64,000 nucleotides of DNA from an uncultured Bacteroidota bacterium. GTDB lineage: Bacteria > Bacteroidota > Bacteroidia > Bacteroidales > GCA-2748055. A program made the translations under genes and the position numbers. The stretch lies in contig CAWCAK010000002.1 of the NCBI GenBank assembly GCA_963793455.1, forward strand, positions 128,513 to 192,512, in the 5' to 3' direction. The notes beneath the pieces were generated by a model, which was given only the letters and a program-made list of their open reading frames with translations, ran no database searches and had not been told where the DNA came from. Of the stretch, positions 57,643 through 64,000 are shown piece by piece (positions within the stretch are counted from its first letter, which is position 1; each line of letters starts with the position of its first letter).

Positions 57643-57760
57643 AAAGTAAGTTTGTAAAGTTTGTAAAGTTTGTAAAGTTTGTAAAGTAGTTTGTAAGAGT
57701 TTGTAAGAGTTTGTAAAGTAGTTTGTAAAGTTTTAAAGTTTTAAAGTGTTAAAGTTTGTT
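57643..57760 (+). repeat. GTTTGTAAAGT 11-bp tandem array with variant units (locus 2 of 3, the largest)
   Basis: The sequence is AAGTAAGTTTGTAAAGTTTGTAAAGTTTGTAAAGTTTGTAAAGTAGTTTGTAAGAGTTTGTAAGAGTTTGTAAAGTAGTTTGTAAAGTTTTAAAGTTTTAAAGTGTTAAAGTTTG. It lies in the divergent region between porU and porP/sprF. Confidence 0.85.
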
Positions 57761-58747
57761 GGGTTGAGGGTTCACGGGTTGTATATCAGACGGGCAATTT
57801 TGCTGATGTCGCTGGCCACTGTGGTTTCAGGGATTGCAGGGCAGGATCCTGCCATGTCCCAGTTCTATGCCAATCCCCTGTTCATGAATCCTGCCATGGC
57901 AGGGATCGAGGGGCCTGCCAAACTCTACATGGGCTACCGCAACCAATGGCCGGGAGCTGCCAATCCCTATTCCACCTACCATGCTTCCTATGAACAATAC
58001 CTGGAAACCCTGCAGGGAGGGGTAGGGTTGCATGTAATCAATGACCGCCAGGGAGGGGGCATTTTCAATACCATTTCCCTGGATGCCATCTATGCCTACC
58101 ACCTGAAGGTGACCAAACAGCTCACTGTTACAGGAGGATTCCAGGCCTCGGTGGGGCACAGGAACATGAATCCCGATGGCCTGGTGCTTCCCGATGAACT
58201 GGCCGGAACAGGCGCTGCTTCATTGAACGGGTATTCAAAAGTGTACCCCGATTTCTCGGTGGGACTGGGGGCCTTTTATAAAAACTATTACGGGGGGATC
58301 GCCTGCCACCACCTGCACCAGCCCTACATGTCCACCTCGGAGGACCCGAATACGAAGCTGTTAAGGAGGTACTCATTACATGTGGGGGCCATGTTCCCGG
58401 TGTATGAGAAAAGACTTGGTTTCGAAGTGCTGCAGATCTCCCCGAACCTGGTGTTCCTCCAGCAGGGGATTTATCAACAGATCAACTACGGGATCGAGGT
58501 TCTTTACAAGAGCTTGCTGGGGGGGGTATGGTTCCGGCAGGACCTCCGGTTTTCCTACGGGACCATGGTCTTCTCAGTGGGCTATGCCAGAGATCAATTC
58601 AGGTTCCGTTACAGTTATGACGCCAAACTCTCTTCGCCCGATTTACAGTTTCCCAGCATGGGAGCCCATGAAATTTCCATGGTCGTAATTTTCGAAAACC
58701 TTTATAAATCAACGAAACGCAGGGCAATAAAAAGTCCTAAAATTTAG
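57746..58747 (+). CDS. T9SS membrane protein, PorP/SprF family
   Basis: Contains GQDPAMSQFYANPLFMNPAMAG, the family hallmark, plus a beta-barrel-like remainder. The start is uncertain: the track start GTG 57746 lies inside the repeat array. TTG 57779 (MYIRRAILLMSLATVVSG) or ATG 57806 are alternatives. Confidence 0.8.
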   Translation: MLKFVGLRVHGLYIRRAILLMSLATVVSGIAGQDPAMSQFYANPLFMNPAMAGIEGPAKLYMGYRNQWPGAANPYSTYHASYEQYLETLQGGVGLHVINDRQGGGIFNTISLDAIYAYHLKVTKQLTVTGGFQASVGHRNMNPDGLVLPDELAGTGAASLNGYSKVYPDFSVGLGAFYKNYYGGIACHHLHQPYMSTSEDPNTKLLRRYSLHVGAMFPVYEKRLGFEVLQISPNLVFLQQGIYQQINYGIEVLYKSLLGGVWFRQDLRFSYGTMVFSVGYARDQFRFRYSYDAKLSSPDLQFPSMGAHEISMVVIFENLYKSTKRRAIKSPKI

Positions 58748-58778
58748 TTACCTTTGATAGAAGTTTTCTATATTAGCC

Positions 58779-60299
58779 ATGATAATATCCAACAGAAAAA
58801 CCATTGATGCCATGAAAATGATGATGAGACTGATCCCGCTATTTATTGCTGCCTTTGCATTATGGGGCTGCAGTCAACAAGGGGCCAACACCTCCTCAGG
58901 TAAAGTCTCAACAACCACCGGATGGTCCTACAATGATCCTGAGAACGGTGGATTTGAGGTTCAGACTGCCGTTGAACAGGAAACGGGCCCTGGCCTTGTA
59001 CTGATCGAGGGTGGTACATTTACCATGGGGAAAGTACAGGATGATGTGCTTTATGAATGGAACAATATTCCCCGCCGTGTGACGGTAAGTTCATTCTATA
59101 TGGACGTCGCAGAGGTCAGGAATGTGGACTACAGGGAGTATATCCACTGGTTGAGCCGGGTGTTTGGAATGAACAACTACAAAGTTGTGGAGACAGCACT
59201 CCCCGATACCCTGGTATGGAGGGATCCGATGGCTTACAATGAGCCCTTCTTGGAATATTATTTCAGGCACCCCTCCTTCAATGAATACCCGGTGGTGGGT
59301 GTGAGCTGGTTGCAGGCCCAGGATTACTGCATCTGGAGAACCGACAGGGTGAACGAGATGGTCCTGGTGGACATGGGTCACATAGCGCTTTCGACCGACC
59401 AGCAGGATGAACGCAACTTTAATACCGAGGCCTATCTTTACGGCAAATACAATCCCGAGATACTCGAACCCATACCCAGCCTGAATCCCAATGTGGAATC
59501 CAGGATGATTACCGTGGAAGACGGCCGCCTGCTTCCCAAGTACAGGCTCCCAACGGAAGCTGAATGGGAGTATGCTGCCCTGGGACTGATAGGGAACACT
59601 GTAGAAGAACTGATCTGGTCGAAAAGGACCTATCCCTGGGACGGGCACATTGCACGGAACAGTGATCCCAGGGTCCAGGGACAGATGATGGCCAACTTCG
59701 TCAGGGGCAAGGGTGACTATATGGGTGTCGCCGGCAACCTGAATGACGCGGGATCCATAACCGTTCCGGTGACCAGTTACTGGGAGAATGATTATGGACT
59801 CTACTGCATGGCCGGGAATGTTAACGAATGGGTGCAGGATGTTTACCGTCCCATGTCTTACGAGGATGTTTCAGGATTCCGTCCGTTTCGCGGAAACCAG
59901 TTTGACAAACTTGTGACCGGTGCGGATGGTCAGCCCCAGATTGACAGCCTGGGACGGCTCCAGAGGGCTCCTATTGATGTAAGTGATGCAGAAGGAAGGC
60001 ACAACTACCGCAGATCCGATTACAGGAACTACCTGGACGGGGACAAGGAATCTGTTTTCGCGGATGGTGAAAAATCTTCCGAACAGTATGACGGATCGGG
60101 GAATATGTACGTAAGCAGCGGTTCCGATATGGTTTCCATGATGAATGACCAGGTGAGGGTTTACAAAGGCGGATCCTGGAAGGACAGGGCTTACTGGCTG
60201 AGTCCCGGTGAGCGCAGGTTCCTTGAGGAGACCGAGTCGAGGGATGACCTGGGTTTCCGTTGTGCCATGACCAGGGTAGGGACACCTACAGGATTTTAA
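58779..60299 (+). CDS. gldJ: Gliding motility lipoprotein GldJ (SUMF1/FGE-fold)
   Basis: Lipoprotein signal (LIPLFIAAFALWGC). Contains TTGWSYNDPENGGFE, LIEGGTFTMG, PVVGVSWLQAQDYC, RLPTEAEWEYAA, VYKGGSW and GFRCAM. An alternative start is ATG 58812 (MKMMMRL). Confidence 0.85.
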   Translation: MIISNRKTIDAMKMMMRLIPLFIAAFALWGCSQQGANTSSGKVSTTTGWSYNDPENGGFEVQTAVEQETGPGLVLIEGGTFTMGKVQDDVLYEWNNIPRRVTVSSFYMDVAEVRNVDYREYIHWLSRVFGMNNYKVVETALPDTLVWRDPMAYNEPFLEYYFRHPSFNEYPVVGVSWLQAQDYCIWRTDRVNEMVLVDMGHIALSTDQQDERNFNTEAYLYGKYNPEILEPIPSLNPNVESRMITVEDGRLLPKYRLPTEAEWEYAALGLIGNTVEELIWSKRTYPWDGHIARNSDPRVQGQMMANFVRGKGDYMGVAGNLNDAGSITVPVTSYWENDYGLYCMAGNVNEWVQDVYRPMSYEDVSGFRPFRGNQFDKLVTGADGQPQIDSLGRLQRAPIDVSDAEGRHNYRRSDYRNYLDGDKESVFADGEKSSEQYDGSGNMYVSSGSDMVSMMNDQVRVYKGGSWKDRAYWLSPGERRFLEETESRDDLGFRCAMTRVGTPTGF

Positions 60300-60321
60300 G
60301 AAACTGAATAAGATCATATGG

Positions 60322-60355
60322 AAGGCTGTTTCTTTATGGAACAGCCTTCTTTTTT
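60322..60355 (+). terminator. Rho-independent terminator after gldJ
   Basis: The 9-bp stem AAGGCTGTT/AACAGCCTT (60322-60330 and 60340-60348) has a 9-nt loop and is followed by CTTTTTT. Confidence 0.65.
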
Positions 60356-60367
60356 ATCATCGGGTAC

Positions 60368-61696
60368 ATGCCACCGGGGATGACTTTGGAAAAACTGCAC
60401 GGGGAGTTCCTTCTTTCGGAGGGCATCTCCACCGATACCCGCCAGGGTGTGGATGGCACCCTTTTCTTTGCCCTGAAAGGGGAACGGTTTGACGGTAACC
60501 GGTTTGTGGCAGATGCTTTGAAAGGTGGTGCCAGGCTTGCTGTAACAGGGGATCGTTCACGCATCGGCCAACCGGGAGTATGGTACTCGGATTCACCGCT
60601 TGCATTACTGCAGCAGCTGGCTGCATTCCACAGGGATTATATTGCCCCGAGGGTGCTGGCCATTACCGGCTCCAATGGGAAAACCACCACCAAAGAGTTG
60701 ATCTCAGCCATCCTGGGAAGGAGGTACAGCGTCCTTTCCACACAGGGAAACCTGAACAACCACATCGGGGTTCCGCTGACCCTGCTTTCGCTGGACAAGG
60801 AGGAGGTGGCGGTTGTTGAAATGGGAGCCAACCATCCGGGTGAGATCGGGACCCTCGCCGGGATCGCAAAACCCGACCTGGGGCTGATCACCAATGTTGG
60901 AAAAGCACACCTGGAAGGATTCGGGTCGGTCAGGGGGGTTCTTGAAGCCAAAGCAGAACTCTATGACCATCTTGCGGGGACCGGCGGCAAGGCCATGGTG
61001 GACGGGGAGGACCGGATGCTGATGGAGAAGGCCTCTGCTTCGGGGGTGGAAACCCTGGTGGTGGGGGAGGAAGGCGACCTTCCGGTTACAGGAAGGATCA
61101 TTGGTCAGTCACCTTTCCTGGAGGTTGAACTGAATACCGGGAATGGATTGCACAGGGTGGCCACCAGGATGGTGGGAGCCTACAACCTGCAGAATATCAG
61201 GATGGCAGCTGCTGCAGGATATTATTTCGGTATCCCCGGCAATGACATTGCAGGGGCCATTGCCTCATACAGTCCTGAGAACTACCGCTCCCAGGTGCTT
61301 GAGGGAGGCCGGAACCGGGTCATTCTCGACTCCTACAATGCCAATCCCAGCAGCATGCGGGAGGCCATCAGCAGTTTTATGGAATATGCAAAGCCTCCAA
61401 GGATGCTGATACTCGGGGATATGGCCGAGCTGGGGGTATCGTCGAGGGAGGAACACGCCTCACTGGCCAGGTGGATCGGGACGCTGCCCGTGGATCGCGT
61501 CCTGCTTGCCGGTCCCCGGTTCCGGGAGGCCTTTGCCACCATTGAACCAACAGGCAACATGGTTGTTTACAGGGATACCGGTGAGCTGGAGGAAAGCATG
61601 CGATCTAATCCTCCGGGGGGATTCCATATCCTGTTGAAGGGAAGCCGGGTGATGGAACTGGAACGGCTGGCCCCTTATTTAGTTGCAAGTTTGTAA
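60368..61696 (+). CDS. murF: UDP-N-acetylmuramoyl-tripeptide--D-alanyl-D-alanine ligase
   Basis: 442 aa. Contains DTRQ, FFALKGERFDGNRF, ITGSNGKTTTKE, EMGANHPGEI, NVGKAHLEGFGS and DSYNANPSSM. Confidence 0.9.
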   Translation: MPPGMTLEKLHGEFLLSEGISTDTRQGVDGTLFFALKGERFDGNRFVADALKGGARLAVTGDRSRIGQPGVWYSDSPLALLQQLAAFHRDYIAPRVLAITGSNGKTTTKELISAILGRRYSVLSTQGNLNNHIGVPLTLLSLDKEEVAVVEMGANHPGEIGTLAGIAKPDLGLITNVGKAHLEGFGSVRGVLEAKAELYDHLAGTGGKAMVDGEDRMLMEKASASGVETLVVGEEGDLPVTGRIIGQSPFLEVELNTGNGLHRVATRMVGAYNLQNIRMAAAAGYYFGIPGNDIAGAIASYSPENYRSQVLEGGRNRVILDSYNANPSSMREAISSFMEYAKPPRMLILGDMAELGVSSREEHASLARWIGTLPVDRVLLAGPRFREAFATIEPTGNMVVYRDTGELEESMRSNPPGGFHILLKGSRVMELERLAPYLVASL

Positions 61697-61730
61697 AGTT
61701 TGTAAAGTTTGTAAAGGTATTCGTAAAGTT
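61688..61730 (+). repeat. GTTTGTAAAGT tandem array (locus 3 of 3)
   Basis: AAGTTTGTAAAGTTTGTAAAGTTTGTAAAGGTATTCGTAAAGTT overlaps the murF stop codon (TTG TAA) and ends 16 nt upstream of the ppa start. Confidence 0.8.
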
Positions 61731-61746
61731 ATTATGTACCTGAGGT

Positions 61747-62418
61747 ATGGCAAATAAACTGATGGACCCCATCGGGAAACTGATGGGCCTGCGTTACAAG
61801 TCCCATCCCTGGCACGGGGTGGATATCGGTCCGGAAGCCCCGGAAGTGGTGATGTGTTTTATCGAGATGGTCCCCAGGGATACCGTCAAATATGAGGTGG
61901 ACAAGGTTTCCGGTTACCTGAAGATTGACAGGCCGCAGAAATATTCCAACTCTGTGCCTGCCCTCTATGGATTCATTCCCCAGACATACAGCGGAGCCAG
62001 GGTGGCAGCGCTGAGCCGTGAGAAAACAGGCAACCAGAAGATCGTTGGGGATTCAGACCCGGTGGATATCTGCGTGCTTACCGAAAAGGAGATCACCCAC
62101 GGGGATGTGCTGGTGCGTGCAAGGCCCATCGGTGGATTCAGGATGATTGATAACAACCAGGCGGATGACAAGCTGATCGCTGTGATGAATAATGATGCAC
62201 TGTACGAGGATTACAGGGATGTATCGGACCTGCCTGAAAAAGTGGTGAACAGGTTACGTCACTATTTTCTGACCTATAAAGACCTTCCCGGGAATCCTGC
62301 CGATGTGGAGATCACCCATGTATATGGAAGGGAGGAGGCCATGGACCTGATCGGGCGATCCGTCGAGGATTATACCACAAAGTTTGAGAGCCTGGACAAC
62401 CTCCTGTCAGATGTCTGA
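61747..62418 (+). CDS. ppa: Inorganic pyrophosphatase (family I)
   Basis: 223 aa. Contains HPWHGVDIG, MCFIEMVPRDTVKYEVDK, SGYLKIDR, YGFIPQT, DSDPVDICVL and DDKLIAV. Confidence 0.85.
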   Translation: MANKLMDPIGKLMGLRYKSHPWHGVDIGPEAPEVVMCFIEMVPRDTVKYEVDKVSGYLKIDRPQKYSNSVPALYGFIPQTYSGARVAALSREKTGNQKIVGDSDPVDICVLTEKEITHGDVLVRARPIGGFRMIDNNQADDKLIAVMNNDALYEDYRDVSDLPEKVVNRLRHYFLTYKDLPGNPADVEITHVYGREEAMDLIGRSVEDYTTKFESLDNLLSDV

Positions 62419-62423
62419 CGGAA

Positions 62424-64000
62424 TCACTTGTACAGGAACCGCTTGATCTTCTGGGTGGGGGTTTTTTCAAAGGGCTGGACCTGCAGAATCATGAGTTGCA
62501 GCCTGGAATTCCTGGCCACATGCTGGTTCACGCGGACCAGGAGCTCCTCCAGGGCTTCATCTGCCTTCTCCTGGATCAGGTGCTGAAAATCAGCGGCGTT
62601 CTCCTGCAGGTGCTTGAAGCGCTCTTCCAGGACCTCCACCCTCAGGTGTACCCTGGCCACCAGCTTTCCGCTGGATTGCATGACCAGTGATTCATTAACG
62701 AGCTCTTCTTTGTTGATAACCGCCTCGATCTCTTCGGGGTAGATATTTTCACCGTTGGATCCCAGGATCATATTTTTTAACCTTCCCCTGATATAGAGAA
62801 TCCCTTTTTGATTGATGTATCCCAGGTCACCGGTCCGGAAGAAACCATCCTTTGTGAATACTTCCGCTGTTTTCTCCGGATCCTTGAAATACCCTTTCAT
62901 CACATTGGGTCCCTTCGCAACGACCTCTCCTTCACCGGTCACCGGGTCAGGATTGTCGATTCTCACTGTAACCCCTTCAAGTATTGTCCCGACGGACCGG
63001 TAGATGGCATGATGGGGATCAAACCCGGCCAACATTGGGGAGGTCTCGGTAAGGCCATATCCAATGGCATAGGGGAATTTCCCATCCAGCAAAAAGGCTT
63101 CCACAAAGGGTGCAAGCGGTGCACCTCCTACGCCGTAAAAGCGTACTTCTCCTCCAAAAAAGCTGAGCAGTTTCTTCACAGCCATCCGGGAGAAGAGTTT
63201 CCTTGTTACACCGATTTTCATGAGGAATTTCATCACGGGTGAACCGTAGAGAGAAGGCTGGATCTTCGCAGCAAAAATCTTCTCAATGATCAAAGGAACA
63301 GTGAGGATGGTGGTGGGTTTCAGCTTTTGCAGAACCGGTGCCAGGACGGTGGGAGTAGGGAGCTTGTCCAGGTAATGAATCCGGGCCCCGTTCAACAGGG
63401 GAACCACAAATCCGATGGTAGCCTCGTAGGAGTGGGCCAGCGGCAGCATGGAGAGGAACCGGTCTTCCGGCACCACCTCGTGTATGGTTTTTGATTGTTT
63501 GGCATTGCTGAGGATGTTTTCGTGACTCAACATCACGCCTTTGGACCGCCCTGTGGTTCCCGATGTGTAGATGATGGCGGCCAGTTCCCCGGGATCAGCC
63601 TGGTAAAATGCTTCCTCACCGGGAAAGGAACCCTCCATCAGATTCAGTTTTTCCAGCATTCCGGGTTTGCCTTCCAGCCCCTCCACCATTCCGTCCTTTA
63701 CATCCAGCACCTTGAAATTGTCCAGGTTGACCACCAGCTCCACCGATTCTGGAAGTCCGTCTGAGAGCCTGTTAAGAAGTTTCCCTGATACAAAGAGGGC
63801 CCTGGTTTCGGCGTGTTCGAGGATGGTTGTGACCTCCCGGCCCTGGAAATCGGGCAAAATCGGGACCGTGGTGGCACCGGCTGTCAGGATACCGAAATAG
63901 GCAATCCCCCAGTGGGGCGAGTTCTCGGCCAGGATGGCCACATGGTCGCCCTTTCCTATTCCGGCACTGTATATCATGGAGGCCAGGAACCTGGAGGAGC
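62424..64000 (-). CDS. Long-chain-fatty-acid--CoA ligase (AMP-dependent synthetase), 5' end outside the window
   Basis: Contains IIYTSGTTGRSKGVML (AMP-binding P-loop), LPLAHSYE, GYGLTETSP, TGDLGY and IKRF near the C-terminus. The frame stays open from the track start (63977) to the window edge (...SSRFLAS-MIYSAG), so the gene is truncated by the window. Confidence 0.85.
   Translation of the reverse strand, partial: SSRFLASMIYSAGIGKGDHVAILAENSPHWGIAYFGILTAGATTVPILPDFQGREVTTILEHAETRALFVSGKLLNRLSDGLPESVELVVNLDNFKVLDVKDGMVEGLEGKPGMLEKLNLMEGSFPGEEAFYQADPGELAAIIYTSGTTGRSKGVMLSHENILSNAKQSKTIHEVVPEDRFLSMLPLAHSYEATIGFVVPLLNGARIHYLDKLPTPTVLAPVLQKLKPTTILTVPLIIEKIFAAKIQPSLYGSPVMKFLMKIGVTRKLFSRMAVKKLLSFFGGEVRFYGVGGAPLAPFVEAFLLDGKFPYAIGYGLTETSPMLAGFDPHHAIYRSVGTILEGVTVRIDNPDPVTGEGEVVAKGPNVMKGYFKDPEKTAEVFTKDGFFRTGDLGYINQKGILYIRGRLKNMILGSNGENIYPEEIEAVINKEELVNESLVMQSSGKLVARVHLRVEVLEERFKHLQENAADFQHLIQEKADEALEELLVRVNQHVARNSRLQLMILQVQPFEKTPTQKIKRFLYK

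Noticed and set aside
57643-57760. CRISPR array or similar for the 11-bp arrays and the 396-bp repeats
   Set aside because: The 11-mers are contiguous without spacers. The 396-bp units are in-frame coding repeats. No cas genes are in the window.
1-64000. tRNA, rRNA, tmRNA, integrase, transposase and prophage genes
   Set aside because: I inspected the intergenic regions by eye and found no cloverleaf-like or rRNA-like sequence and no recombinase ORF. The only mobile element recognised is the group II intron. A tRNAscan or Infernal run would be needed for certainty.

Overview
This looks like a chromosomal segment of a Bacteroidota-type genome. It carries the T9SS genes porU, porV, porP/sprF and gldJ, T9SS C-terminal sorting domains and FISUMP-domain lipoproteins. 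Most of the window is housekeeping and envelope genes: nhaC, holA, amn, lysA, recR, alaS, hutU, ispF, murF, ppa, a LemA-TPM-TPM operon, a Nif3/zinc-ribbon pair and three tandem M23 peptidases.

Notable content:
1. An envelope cluster at 8007-17222 has three paralogous TPR + PD40 beta-propeller proteins. One has an OmpA_C domain (PorE-like architecture). One is extended by about four near-identical 396-bp repeats and a C-terminal membrane anchor. A GT2 fusion protein sits next to them.
2. Three tandem lipoprotein genes at 25378-36879 are built from ~100-aa repeat modules plus a C-terminal FISUMP domain. The first copy is heavily frame-disrupted.
3. A bacterial group II intron (canonical domain V at 30817-30850, RT/maturase ORF) sits in the spacer between the first two of these genes.
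4. A metallophosphoesterase is separated from its own T9SS sorting domain by one in-frame TAG.
5. A membrane protein + caspase-like peptidase pair lies at 23514-25224.
6. Two kinds of dispersed small repeat occur: a 65-bp palindromic element present twice, and 11-bp GTTTGTAAAGT arrays at three loci.

Caveat: the sequence has many 1-2 nt indels, several of them in short homopolymers. One splits the essential alaS gene, so most apparent pseudogenes may be assembly or sequencing artefacts. I saw no rRNA, tRNA, CRISPR array, integrase or prophage by eye. I found no clearly novel multi-gene system. The best candidates for follow-up are the 8007-17222 envelope cluster and the FISUMP/intron region.
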